Assembly (NCBI GenBank): GCA_039683515.1
Contig: JBDKRG010000040.1
Location: 1,751-65,750, forward strand
DNA length: 64,000 nucleotides
Direction: 5' to 3'
Source of the DNA: Candidatus Sumerlaeia bacterium
GTDB taxonomy: Bacteria; Sumerlaeota; Sumerlaeia; MVZB01
The notes beneath the pieces were generated by a model. The model was given only the letters and a program-made list of their open reading frames with translations. It had not been told where the DNA came from and ran no database searches. Positions 1 to 9,275 of this stretch are shown in pieces. Positions within the stretch are counted from its first letter, which is position 1. Each line of letters opens with the position of its first letter. A program made the position numbers and the translations under genes.

Positions 1-481
1 GCTTCGTGATGACCAGGAACCCGACCGGGTGGACCGGCTGCAGCGTGCCCGGAGGCAACACCGGCCGCTGCACGCCCTTCTGGCCGCCGTCGGCGACGAA
101 CTTCGCCAGGTCGGTGAACATGCCGAATTCCTTTTGATACACGGCCGACTTTGCGCCGATCGGAAGCGCCTGCCCGACCTGGGCGATCACGACGCCGATC
201 TCGCCGGCGGGGACCTGCGCCCACGGGAATTTCTGGACTTCATAAACGATCCAGAATTTGAAGCGCCAGCCGGGCATCAGCATCTCGGCCTGGTAGCCGG
301 CCTCGCCGCCGAACGCCACCGGGTTGTCGTCCGAGAGCTTCTTGAGCGAGAAGCGTTTGATCACCAGGCCGACCTCGGTCGGGCCGATGATATGGATCGA
401 CGGCAGCACGAGCGCCAGCCCGATGAGGACCGCGCCCAGGATCCACGCGTAAGCCGGAATCGTAACCAGATACTCAAACAT
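1..481 (-). CDS. SPFH/band-7 (flotillin/YqiK-like) membrane protein, N-terminal part; the gene runs off the left edge
   Basis: Minus-strand translation from ATG (complement of 479-481) gives MFEYLVTIPAYAWILGAVLIGLALVLPSIHIIGPTEVGLVIKRF...: an N-terminal TM helix followed by an SPFH-type beta-rich region. The listed + ORF 29..502 is its antisense shadow. Not in the ORF track because there is no stop inside the window. Confidence 0.6.
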   Translation of the reverse strand, partial: MFEYLVTIPAYAWILGAVLIGLALVLPSIHIIGPTEVGLVIKRFSLKKLSDDNPVAFGGEAGYQAEMLMPGWRFKFWIVYEVQKFPWAQVPAGEIGVVIAQVGQALPIGAKSAVYQKEFGMFTDLAKFVADGGQKGVQRPVLPPGTLQPVHPVGFLVITK

Positions 482-731
482 GGTGTGTCATCCTTCGTGT
501 GAAATCCCAAAAATGGTTTGCGCGCACAACTTCAACCGACCACATCCAATTGGCTTACATGGCCGTTCCTTTCCCGAAGACTCCTCCAGCGGAGCCTCGA
601 AAAATAGCCAAGCCTGTCAGCTTGCCTTTAGTTTTGTTCGATTGTGTGCATTGGGTGTTTTGAACCGTCTTCCAATTCGACTTCGGGGCGGGGTATAATG
701 GTTTGGTGATTGCGCCGATTTTTGCCGGCGA

Positions 732-1823
732 TTGATTCCACGGAGCTTGCATCTGATGACCGATCCCACCACCACGGCCGGCCTGCCCGCCCTGCGGGGA
801 ATGGACCTTGCCGCGATGAGCGCGCTGCTGGCCGAGGGGGGCTTCCCGGCCTACCGCGCCCGCCAGCTCTACCAGTGGGTCTACCGCAACGGGGCCGAAT
901 CGCTGGACGAGATGGGCAACCTGCCCAAGCCGTTGCGCGCGTTCCTTGCCGGGCGCGCGCGGATGGGCGGCGTGACGCTCGTGCGCGCCCAGGGTCCGGA
1001 GGGCGGCACGCAAAAGCTCCTCATGCGGACCGACGACGGCAAATTCATCGAGTCGGTCGTGATGCGCGACGAAGGGGCCGGCCGCACGAGCCTGTGCGTG
1101 TCGTCGCAGATCGGGTGCGCGGTCGGCTGCGCGTTCTGCCTGACGGGGTTCGGCGGGTTCCAGCGCAACCTGCGCGCCGACGAGATCGTCGGCCAGGTGC
1201 TCAACGTCCGCAAACAAATCCTCGCCCCCGACGAGCCGCTCGCGCACGTGGTCTTCATGGGGATGGGCGAGCCGATGCTCAACCTGGGCGCCGTGGTCCC
1301 CGCCCTCAGGCTCCTGATCGATCCGGACGGGATCGCGCTGTCGCGGCGGCGCGTCACCGTCTCCACCGCGGGCATCGTCCCCGGCATCCAGAAGTTCGGC
1401 GCGGCGAACGTGGGCGTCGGCCTGGCCGTCTCGCTCAACGCGACGACCGACGAGACCCGCTCGCGGATCATGCCGATCAACGACACATACCCGCTCGCCG
1501 AGCTGCTCAAGGCCGTCGCGCGGTTCCCCATGGAAGCGCGCCGGCGGGTCACGATCGAGTACGTTCTTCTCAAGGATATCAACGACTCCCCTGCCGACGC
1601 CGAGCGGCTGGTCAAGCTGCTCGCGCGCATCCCGGTCAAGGTCAACCTCATCATGTTCAACCCGAACCCGAACCTGCCGTTCCAGCCGGCCACCGGGGAA
1701 CGGCTTGAGGCGTTCTCCTCCATCCTTTCGCGCGCGAACATGACCGTGACCGTCCGCTGGAGCAAGGGGCGCGAGATCGAGGCCGCCTGCGGCCAGCTCG
1801 CCGCCCACTACTTCGAAAAGTAG
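732..1823 (+). CDS. rlmN: 23S rRNA (adenine2503-C2)-methyltransferase RlmN (radical SAM, Cfr/RlmN family); the start could also be the ATG at 756
   Basis: Has the RlmN-type Cys triad CxxxCxxC (SSQIGCAVGCAFC) and the conserved N-terminal motifs RARQLYQWVY and GTQKLL. Confidence 0.9.
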   Translation: MIPRSLHLMTDPTTTAGLPALRGMDLAAMSALLAEGGFPAYRARQLYQWVYRNGAESLDEMGNLPKPLRAFLAGRARMGGVTLVRAQGPEGGTQKLLMRTDDGKFIESVVMRDEGAGRTSLCVSSQIGCAVGCAFCLTGFGGFQRNLRADEIVGQVLNVRKQILAPDEPLAHVVFMGMGEPMLNLGAVVPALRLLIDPDGIALSRRRVTVSTAGIVPGIQKFGAANVGVGLAVSLNATTDETRSRIMPINDTYPLAELLKAVARFPMEARRRVTIEYVLLKDINDSPADAERLVKLLARIPVKVNLIMFNPNPNLPFQPATGERLEAFSSILSRANMTVTVRWSKGREIEAACGQLAAHYFEK

Positions 1824-1852
1824 GCCGGGTTCGCCGAACAGATGGGCGTTCG

Positions 1853-2060
1853 TTTTTGCGCTGAAGGCGCAAGAGATAATAGCCTGGGGCAGAGCGAAGC
1901 GACGCCCCAGGTGATGAGCGAGAGTGAATAGAAGCTCTGAAAGAGCGGAAGAAAGTTTCTTTCGCGCCTTCAGCGCTTCGGTTGAATTTTCTCGACCTGA
2001 CCTGGGGTTTCGCTTCGCTCCACCCCAGGCTATATTATTTCGCGCTTTCAGCGCTTCGGA
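1853..2060. repeat. ~208-bp structured intergenic repeat element (family 1, copy A), MITE/REP-like
   Basis: About 85% identical to 21754-21960. It is built of modules that recur in inverted orientation: gcgctgaaggcgc / gcgccttcagcgc and cctggggc..gccccagg / its exact reverse complement. It sits immediately after the truncated post-stop hairpin motif of rlmN. Confidence 0.8.
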
Positions 2061-2074
2061 ACGAGCGAACTCAC

Positions 2075-2851
2075 ATGTTTCTCAATGATTGCCAGTTGAG
2101 CGATCTTGCCGTTAGCAGTTCCCGCTGGTCCGCCATCCCCGGCCTCATCCACGGCATCACGACGCGCTCCGCCCTTCCCTTGCCCGGCAAGGCCGATTTC
2201 TTTGATTCGATCGCGCGCGCGCGCGCGGCCGGCGCGTTGCCCGATCTCCTCGCGCTCGGCGCCGACCAGGTTCATTCGGATCGCCTCGTCCTGGTCGACG
2301 AGCCGATCGGCGACAACAACCGGCTCGACGGCTTCCGCTGGGACGACCGGCTGCGCGCGGGCGAATTCCCGCAGGCCGACGCGCTCGTGACCACCATCCC
2401 CGGCGTGCTCCTCATCATCCAGACCGCCGACTGCCTCCCCGTCTTTGCCATCGATCCCGCCAGCCGCGTCGCGGGCCTGGCCCACTGCGGCTGGCGCGGC
2501 TTGCGCGCGGGCCTGGCCGGCAAACTCGTCGCGCACATGATCGCCGCGGGCGCCTCGGCCGATAACATCCAGGCGTGGCTCGGCCCCTGCATCCATGCCG
2601 GCAATTACGAAGTCAGCCGCGAGCTGGTCGAGGATTTCCGCGCGGCGTTCCCCGGGGCCCCGGTCGCCGCCGACGAGCGCCACCTGGACCTGCCGGCCGT
2701 CGCGAGGCACCAGCTCGAACGGGCCGGCGTCCAAACCCAGGCCATTGCCGACAGCGGCCAGTGCACGTTCGCCAACCCCGGCCTCTACCACTCCTACCGC
2801 GCCCACGCCGCCCAGGCCGGCCGGATGCTCTCGTTCCTGGGATTCAAGTAG
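2075..2851 (+). CDS. pgeF: Peptidoglycan editing factor PgeF / YfiH (DUF152, purine nucleoside phosphorylase-laccase domain)
   Basis: Contains the HCGWRG signature and conserved His/Cys residues. Start chosen at the internal ATG 2075 (MFLNDCQL) because the upstream part of the ORF lies inside the repeat element. Confidence 0.85.
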   Translation: MFLNDCQLSDLAVSSSRWSAIPGLIHGITTRSALPLPGKADFFDSIARARAAGALPDLLALGADQVHSDRLVLVDEPIGDNNRLDGFRWDDRLRAGEFPQADALVTTIPGVLLIIQTADCLPVFAIDPASRVAGLAHCGWRGLRAGLAGKLVAHMIAAGASADNIQAWLGPCIHAGNYEVSRELVEDFRAAFPGAPVAADERHLDLPAVARHQLERAGVQTQAIADSGQCTFANPGLYHSYRAHAAQAGRMLSFLGFK

Positions 2852-2975
2852 GCCGGGTTCGCCGAACCCGGCATCGCGCGTTTGTCAAGCACGGCGGAAA
2901 ATGCATGACAGTCGGTGAATGTGCGGTTATATATATTCCCGCATTTGCGAATGAATTCATGTTGGAGCGGCGGTC

Positions 2976-3644
2976 ATGGTCAGAGCGGCGGTTATTTTGT
3001 CGGGTTGCGGCGTCCAGGACGGCACCGAGATCACGGAGGCCGTCAGCGTCCTGATCGCGCTCGACCGCGCGGGGGCGGAGATCCTCATGTGCGCGCCGGA
3101 CATGGACCAGAGCGAGGTCGTCGACCACGCGCGCGGCGAAGCCGTCCCGGGCAAGGTCCGCGGCGTCCTCTCGGAATCGGCCCGCATCGCCCGCGGCAAG
3201 ATCCAGGACATCAAGTCGATCACGTCGGCCGATTTCGACGCCCTGATTTTCCCGGGCGGGCTCGGCGCGGCCAAGAACCTGTCCAGCTTCGCCGACGACG
3301 GCGCGGGCTGCGTCGTGCACCCGGACGTCGAGCGCGTCATCCTGGAGGCTTTCGGCGCGCGCAAGCCGATCGCGGCGATCTGCATCGCGCCGGTCCTGCT
3401 GGCGCGCGTCATCGGCGGCCGCGGCGCCGTCCCGCTGCTGACGATCGGCAGCGACGAAGGGGTCGCCGTCGCGATGGAAAAGATGGGCGCCCGGCACCAG
3501 AACTGCGCGGCCGGCGACTGCGTCGTCGATGAAGCCAACCGCCTCGTCAGCACCCCGGCCTACATGCTCGCCTCGGGCCCGGCCGAGGTCTTCGAGGGGG
3601 TCGAAAAGACGGTTCAGGCCGTCCTGCGCCTCGCGGCCAATTAA
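2976..3644 (+). CDS. DJ-1/PfpI-family ElbB-like protein (glyoxalase III / isoprenoid biosynthesis ElbB homolog)
   Basis: Shows an ES1/ElbB-like pattern: the N-terminal motif AVILSGCGVQDGTEI plus the conserved nucleophile-elbow Cys in PIAAICIAP. Confidence 0.8.
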   Translation: MVRAAVILSGCGVQDGTEITEAVSVLIALDRAGAEILMCAPDMDQSEVVDHARGEAVPGKVRGVLSESARIARGKIQDIKSITSADFDALIFPGGLGAAKNLSSFADDGAGCVVHPDVERVILEAFGARKPIAAICIAPVLLARVIGGRGAVPLLTIGSDEGVAVAMEKMGARHQNCAAGDCVVDEANRLVSTPAYMLASGPAEVFEGVEKTVQAVLRLAAN

Positions 3645-3655
3645 GACGTCCGCGC

Positions 3656-4432
3656 ATGATCCCGATCCGCGACAACATCCCCTCGCGCACCCGGCCGTGG
3701 GTCAATTACGCGATCATCATCCTGACGTGCTGGATGTTCTTCCTGCAGCTCCGCGCCGGCGACCGCGGCCAGGATCCCTTCGCCGAAAGCTACGGCCTCG
3801 TGCCGCTTCGGCTCACCCACCCGGGCAAAACCATCCGCATCCCCGAACAGAAGTTTGACCCGCATCTCGGCGAGATCACGACGCGCTATCACGACATCGA
3901 GCCGGCGCCGTTCAACCCGTGGTGGACGCTGCTGACGTGCATCTTCATGCACGGCGGCTGGCTCCACCTGATCGGCAACATGTGGTTTCTTTACATTTTC
4001 GGCGACAACGTCGAGGACCGGCTCGGCCACGGCCGGTATCTGCTGTTTTATCTCGGCTGCGGCGTGGCCGCGTCGCTGGCGCATTTTGTGACGAACCTGG
4101 ACTCGCCCGTGCCGACGGTCGGCGCCAGCGGCGCGATCGCCGGCGTGATGGGCGCCTACCTTCTGCTCTACCCGCGCGCCCGCGTCCTGACGATCATCCC
4201 GATCATCATCCTGTTCTACACGGTCGTCGTCCCCGCCCCGATCTTCATCGGCATCTGGTTCGTCTTCCAGATCGTCAACGGACTGAACTCGTTCGGCTCG
4301 ACGGTAGCCGAAGGCGTCGCCTGGTGGGCCCACATCGGCGGTTTCGTGGCGGGGATGTTGGCTGTCATTTTTCTAAAAATGACAAAATGGCTAAACCCGC
4401 CGCCCCGCGCCGCCATTAACCCAAGATGGTAA
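3656..4432 (+). CDS. Rhomboid-family intramembrane serine protease
   Basis: Multi-TM protein with the catalytic GASGAIAG (GxSG) motif and a downstream AHIGGFVAG His motif. Confidence 0.85.
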   Translation: MIPIRDNIPSRTRPWVNYAIIILTCWMFFLQLRAGDRGQDPFAESYGLVPLRLTHPGKTIRIPEQKFDPHLGEITTRYHDIEPAPFNPWWTLLTCIFMHGGWLHLIGNMWFLYIFGDNVEDRLGHGRYLLFYLGCGVAASLAHFVTNLDSPVPTVGASGAIAGVMGAYLLLYPRARVLTIIPIIILFYTVVVPAPIFIGIWFVFQIVNGLNSFGSTVAEGVAWWAHIGGFVAGMLAVIFLKMTKWLNPPPRAAINPRW

Positions 4433-4469
4433 TGATGCCGTGGTCCGTGCCGGTCCGTGCCCGTCCGTG

Positions 4470-5846
4470 TCAGTCCGTGCCGGCCCCTTGAATCGGCAGC
4501 GCGAACGCGAACGTCGTCCCCACGCCGACGCGGCTCGTGACCCAGATCCGCCCGCCGTGCGCCTCGACGATCCGTTTCGCGATCGCCAGCCCCAGGCCCG
4601 TGCTGCGCTCGCCGGCGGTCGGCTGCGTGCTGGTCTTGCCGAAATCCGAAAACAGCCCCGGCAGCTCGGCCTGCGGGATCCCCTGCCCCTGGTCGATGAC
4701 CGAGATCACCACCTCTCGGTCCTGGCCCGCGCACGACAGCGTGATCTCGGTCTCGGGGTGCGAAAACTTGATCGCGTTGGTGATCAGGTTGCTCAGCACC
4801 TGGCCGATCCGGTCCGGGTCGAAACGCGCGGCCGGCGGCGCCGACTCCTCGTCCAGTTTGATCCGGATGAACTTGGCGCGCGCGAGCAGCTCGTGCGACT
4901 CGACCGCCTCGCGCAGGAATTCGCCCAAGCCGACGTCGCTCGGGTTCAGCTCGATCCGCCCCGATTCGATCATCCCGATGTCGAGCGTCGCGTCGATCAG
5001 CTTGGTCATCGCGATGCACTTGGCGTTCATGCGCTCGAGCAGCGCGCGCTGGTTGGGCGGCACCTCGCCGACGATCCCGTTCAGAAACAGATGCAGGTAG
5101 CCGCGGAAAATGCCGAGCGGGCTGCGCAGGTCGTGCGCCGTCATGGCCACGAACCGGTTCTTGACCTGGTTCAGGTTGTAGAGCTCTTCATACAGGCGGC
5201 TCTTTTCGATGGCGAGCGCGACCTGCCCGGCGATCTGGCGGAACAGCCCCACGTGCGCGTCGCGATACGTCCCGGCCGCGGTCGACGAGAAGAACAGGAA
5301 CCCGATCGGCTTGCCGTTGGCGACGAGCGGGCAGGTCAGGCTCGAGCGGATCCCCTCGCTCAGGATCCGGCGCGTCGAGTCGGACTCGGGGTGGGCGGCC
5401 AGGTGCGCCTCCAGGTCGTTGATGATGCGCGGCTCGCCGGTCTCGATGATCCGCCGCAGGCTGCTCCCCTCGAGCGGCGCCTTGTAGCCGGCCGGCAGCC
5501 GCACCTCGTCGTAGCCGGCGCGCGCCCAGCGCGAGTAGACGTTCTCGCCGCCCTCGTCGAGCAGCGCCAGCCCGATGCGCTGATACGGGATGATCGCGTG
5601 GCACGAGTCATAGATGTAGTTGAGCACGTCCTCGAGCATCAGCCCGGCGTTGATCCGCTCGGTGATGGCCAGCAGCCGGCTCATTTCCGCAAAGCGCGCC
5701 TGCATGATCTGGCCCAGGTCGATGAGGATCTGGCCGAGGCCGGCGAGGTCGTCGCGCGGGTCGAGCGGCAGGTCCAGGTTGAACTCGCCGCGCTTGAGCG
5801 CCATCGCCGCCTCGCGGTAGATCGAAATTTGCCGGTCCCGTTCCAT
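4470..5846 (-). CDS. GAF-domain sensor histidine kinase
   Basis: Has a HisKA H-box (AMTAHDLRSPL) and HATPase_c N/G boxes (NLITNAIKFS, DQGQGIP, GLGLAIAKRIVEAHGGRIWV). Start set at MERDRQ (complement of 5844-5846). The C-terminal codons are encoded by the (gtccgtgcc)n repeat. Confidence 0.9.
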   Translation of the reverse strand: MERDRQISIYREAAMALKRGEFNLDLPLDPRDDLAGLGQILIDLGQIMQARFAEMSRLLAITERINAGLMLEDVLNYIYDSCHAIIPYQRIGLALLDEGGENVYSRWARAGYDEVRLPAGYKAPLEGSSLRRIIETGEPRIINDLEAHLAAHPESDSTRRILSEGIRSSLTCPLVANGKPIGFLFFSSTAAGTYRDAHVGLFRQIAGQVALAIEKSRLYEELYNLNQVKNRFVAMTAHDLRSPLGIFRGYLHLFLNGIVGEVPPNQRALLERMNAKCIAMTKLIDATLDIGMIESGRIELNPSDVGLGEFLREAVESHELLARAKFIRIKLDEESAPPAARFDPDRIGQVLSNLITNAIKFSHPETEITLSCAGQDREVVISVIDQGQGIPQAELPGLFSDFGKTSTQPTAGERSTGLGLAIAKRIVEAHGGRIWVTSRVGVGTTFAFALPIQGAGTD

Positions 5847-6070
5847 GCTTCCCCCGTCGCGCCGAAATATGCGCCCATTATGCCGGGATGCGCCGCGAAA
5901 AGCAATCGGTCCCGCCCCCCCCGGCCGTCCCGCCACCCCCGTCTTTCCGGTTCTTTCACCCGCGCGCAACCGGATTTCATCGCAATTCACTCAGACAATA
6001 TGTTTATATTGGAGACGTATGCCATAGCCGGCCGGTTCATGCCGGCATCATGATTCAAGGAGCATCGAGA

Positions 6071-6754
6071 ATGAAACGGCTGATCCTGACGATGGTGTTG
6101 ATCCTTGCGCTCGCCCCGCTGGCCGGCGCGCAAACCACCAAAACAACTGCCCGCACCAAGGAGAAGAAGATGACCGAACAGACGACCGAGACGCTCAAGG
6201 CCCGCGACGGCCTGCACCCGCTGGTTGTGATGCAAACCTCCCTCGGCGACATCACGCTCGAACTCGACGCCGAAAAGGCCCCGATCTCGACCCTCAATTT
6301 CATCCAGTATGCGAAGGACGGCTACTATAAGGGCCTCATCTTCCACCGCATCGACCCCAACTTCATGATCCAGGGCGGCGGCTACTTCCCCGACAACCGC
6401 GAGAAGGGCGGCCAGCGCCCCCCGATCAAGAACGAGTGGAATAACGGCCTCAAGAACGTCCGCGGCACGATCGCCATGGCGCGCACCAACGCCCCCGACT
6501 CCGCGACCGCCCAGTTCTTCATCAACGTCGTCGACAACATGTTCCTGAGCGAGCCGCGCAGCGGCGCCGGCTACGCCGTCTTCGGCAAGGTCGTCAAGGG
6601 CCTGGACGTCGTCGAGAAGATCCGCAACGCCCAGACCACCTTCAGCCCGATCATGGGCGACAACACGATGCCGGCCACCCCGATCGTCATCAAGGACGTC
6701 AAGCTCGTCAGCGACTTCGACCAGGCCGCCGCCGAAAAGAACGTCAAGAAGTAA
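6071..6754 (+). CDS. Cyclophilin-type peptidyl-prolyl cis-trans isomerase, secreted
   Basis: Signal peptide MKRLILTMVLILALAPLAGA, then cyclophilin motifs (FHRIDPNFMIQGGG, RGTIAMAR, QFFIN). Confidence 0.9.
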   Translation: MKRLILTMVLILALAPLAGAQTTKTTARTKEKKMTEQTTETLKARDGLHPLVVMQTSLGDITLELDAEKAPISTLNFIQYAKDGYYKGLIFHRIDPNFMIQGGGYFPDNREKGGQRPPIKNEWNNGLKNVRGTIAMARTNAPDSATAQFFINVVDNMFLSEPRSGAGYAVFGKVVKGLDVVEKIRNAQTTFSPIMGDNTMPATPIVIKDVKLVSDFDQAAAEKNVKK

Positions 6755-6761
6755 GTTTGCA

Positions 6762-7082
6762 GTCCCGCCTTCAGGCGGAAACAAGCATCGTGGGTTGGTT
6801 CGTCACCCGTTCGACGAACCAACCCCCTCACGCCGATAAATGTATTGATTTAGAATTTTAAAATTTCTCCTTTGAATTTGTTTCGGATTTAGAAATTCTG
6901 ACTGATTCGGATTTTCTTTCGTTATGTCCCGCCTTCAGGCGGAAACAAGCATCGTGGGTTGGTTCGTCATCCGTTCGACGAACCAACCCACCTCACTCCG
7001 ATGGATTGATTTTGGATTTTTAAAAATTTCTCCTTTGAATTTGTTTCGGATTTAGAAATTCTGACTGATTCGGATTTTCTTA
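6762..7082. repeat. Tandem direct duplication, 2 x ~164 bp: a GC-rich double-hairpin module plus an AT-rich module
   Basis: Copy 1 is 6762-6925 and copy 2 is 6926-7082, nearly identical. Each copy begins gtcccgccttcaggcgg (hairpin), then ggttggttcgtc..gacgaaccaacc (hairpin), then an AT-rich block tttagaattttaaaatttctcctttgaatttgtttcggatttagaaattctgactgattcggattttct. Confidence 0.9.
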
Positions 7083-7086
7083 ATTA

Positions 7087-8079
7087 ATGCTTCCCCTCAT
7101 TGCCATCACCATGGGCGATCCCGCCGGCGTCGGGCCCGAGCTCTGCCTCAGGGCCGCGGCCGACCCGCGCGTCCTCGATGCCTGCCGCCCGGTCGTCATC
7201 GGCGACCGCAACGTGCTCGTGCAGTGCGCGGACAAGCTCGGCCACGGCCTGCCGCCGCTCACCCTGCGCTTCGACGACGACTGGGCGCCGCTCGACCGGC
7301 ACGACGGCGCCGCGCTGATCGACTGCGACGCCTTCGGCATGGCCGTCGAGCCCGGCCGCCCCTCCGCCGAGGCGGGGATGGCCACCTACCGTTACCTGAC
7401 GCTCGCGATCGACGCCGCCGTCTCGCGCCTGTTCGACGCCGTCACGACGGCTCCCCTCACCAAGGCCACGCTGCACATGGCGGGGATCGACGACCCGGGC
7501 CACACCGAAATCCTCGCCAGGCGCACGAACACCTCCAATTACGCGATGATGCTTTACAGCCCGCGCATCGCAGTCTCGCTCGTCACGATCCACCAGTCGA
7601 TCGCAAGCGTCTCCGCCTCGCTCACGAGCGATTCGATCGCGCGCGTCATCGACCTGGCCGGCCGCACGCTCGAGCGCATCCGCGGCCGCCGGCCGCGCCT
7701 GGCGGTCGTGGCGCTCAACCCCCACGCCGGCGAAGGCGGCCTGTTCGGCGACGAGGAAGCCCGCGCGATCATCCCGGCCATCGAGCGCGCCCGCTCGGCC
7801 GGCTGGCAGGTCGACGGCCCGCTCGTCCCGGACGCGGCGTTCACCCCGTCGGCCCTCGGCCGCTACGACGGCCACGTCGTCATGTATCACGACCAGGGCC
7901 TGATCCCGTTCAAGATGCTGTCGTTCCACGACGGCGTGAACGTCACGATGGGCCTGCCGATCATCCGCACCTCGCCCGACCACGGCACCGCCTACGACAT
8001 CGCCTGGACCGGCAAGGCCGATCCCTCCAGCCTGATCTCGGCGATCCTCCTGGCCGCCCGCATGGTTTTGAATCGATAG
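7087..8079 (+). CDS. pdxA: 4-hydroxythreonine-4-phosphate dehydrogenase PdxA
   Basis: Matches the PdxA family along its length: ITMGDPAGVGPE, HTEILA, ALNPHAGEGG, GLPIIRTSPDHGTAYDIAWTGKAD. Confidence 0.9.
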   Translation: MLPLIAITMGDPAGVGPELCLRAAADPRVLDACRPVVIGDRNVLVQCADKLGHGLPPLTLRFDDDWAPLDRHDGAALIDCDAFGMAVEPGRPSAEAGMATYRYLTLAIDAAVSRLFDAVTTAPLTKATLHMAGIDDPGHTEILARRTNTSNYAMMLYSPRIAVSLVTIHQSIASVSASLTSDSIARVIDLAGRTLERIRGRRPRLAVVALNPHAGEGGLFGDEEARAIIPAIERARSAGWQVDGPLVPDAAFTPSALGRYDGHVVMYHDQGLIPFKMLSFHDGVNVTMGLPIIRTSPDHGTAYDIAWTGKADPSSLISAILLAARMVLNR

Positions 8080-8205
8080 CATCCCACCATCCTCCCATCC
8101 GTCCTATTGGTCCTATCCGTCCTATTCCTTTCCCCCTTCCTATTGCCTCGCCAACCGGTTAGGATTGCCGGGAATTGATCACGAGCACGACCGAAGGCGC
8201 ATGTT

Positions 8206-9198
8206 TTGATTTCGGTTCTCTTCGTCACGAACATGTATCCCACCGCCGAGGCGCCGTATTATGGCATCTTCGTGCGCGAGCAGGCCGACGCCCTGCGCGC
8301 CCGCGGCGTCAACGTCGAGCTCGTCTTCATCAACGGCCGCGCCTCGAAGTTCGCCTACCTGGCCTCGGTCAAACAAATCGCCGATCGGCTTCGCGGCGGC
8401 GGGATCGACCTGATCCACTGCCACCACACGTTTGCCGCGTGGGTCGCCCTGGCGGCAAGGCGCCTTGCCGGCGTCCGGATCCCGCTCGTCCTTTCGTTCC
8501 ATGAGGGCGAGGTCTTCGCGCCGCGCGCCACCCCAGCGCCGCGGACGTGGAAGTGGCTGAAGCGATTCGCCCTTCGCCGCGCCGATTTCGCGCTCCCGGT
8601 CGAGCGCCGGATGCTCGCCGCCGTCCTGGGCGGCGACGCCTCCCTCGTCCGGCATGAGGTCATCCCCGCCGGGATCGACCTCGATGCATTCACCCCCGGC
8701 GATCGCGCGGCCGCGCGCCAAAAGCTGGGCTGGCCGCCCGGCGACCTCATCCTGTTTTTCCCGTTCGCCCAAAACAAGCCGGCCAAGCGCCACGACCTCG
8801 CCTCCGCCGTCCGCGGCATTCTCCGCTGGGAAGGCAAGCACGTGCGGCTCGTGACCGGCGGCTCGATCGCGCACGACGCCATGCCCGACGCCCTGCGCGC
8901 CTGCGACGTGCTCCTTTTACTCTCCGATTACGAGGCCTCGCCGACCGTCGTCAAGGAGGCGCTCGCCTGCGAGCGCCCGGTCGTCGCGACCGACGTCGGC
9001 GACATCCGCGAACGCTACGGCGACCTGCCCGGCGTGCGCGTCGTCCCCCCCGACATCGAGGAGATCAACGACGCGATTCAAGAATTGATCGAGATCGCCC
9101 CCCCCTTCGGCGGCCGCGAGCGCATCGAACGACTCGGCCTCACAACCGGCCTGACCGCCGACCGAATCATCGGAATCTATCGCGGAATCATGAGCTAG
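8206..9198 (+). CDS. Glycosyltransferase family 4 (GT-B fold)
   Basis: The C-terminal half has the EASPTVVKEALACERPVVATDVGD motif, which corresponds to the EGFGl..lEAmA.G.PVV.t..GG signature. The track start is a TTG codon, so the true start is uncertain. Confidence 0.75.
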   Translation: MISVLFVTNMYPTAEAPYYGIFVREQADALRARGVNVELVFINGRASKFAYLASVKQIADRLRGGGIDLIHCHHTFAAWVALAARRLAGVRIPLVLSFHEGEVFAPRATPAPRTWKWLKRFALRRADFALPVERRMLAAVLGGDASLVRHEVIPAGIDLDAFTPGDRAAARQKLGWPPGDLILFFPFAQNKPAKRHDLASAVRGILRWEGKHVRLVTGGSIAHDAMPDALRACDVLLLLSDYEASPTVVKEALACERPVVATDVGDIRERYGDLPGVRVVPPDIEEINDAIQELIEIAPPFGGRERIERLGLTTGLTADRIIGIYRGIMS

Positions 9199-9275
9199 TG
9201 ACGCGTTGACGGTCATCTGTCGGATTTGTTTTTGAACCGCGAAGCGGTTCGATCATCATACCGATCATTTGACGC

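Noticed and set aside
555-1808. Long ORFs overlapping rlmN on both strands (555..1808 -, 710..1708 +, 881..1765 -)
   Set aside because: Their translations are Arg/Gly/Pro/Asp-rich low-complexity sequence typical of off-frame or antisense reading of high-GC coding DNA. The rlmN frame carries the clear radical-SAM motifs.
9199-9275. Possible tRNA because of a GGTTCGATC T-arm-like string (also at 14321-14330 and 53358-53366)
   Set aside because: No complementary acceptor stem, no D-arm, and no anticodon-arm geometry. The string belongs to a simple hairpin motif.
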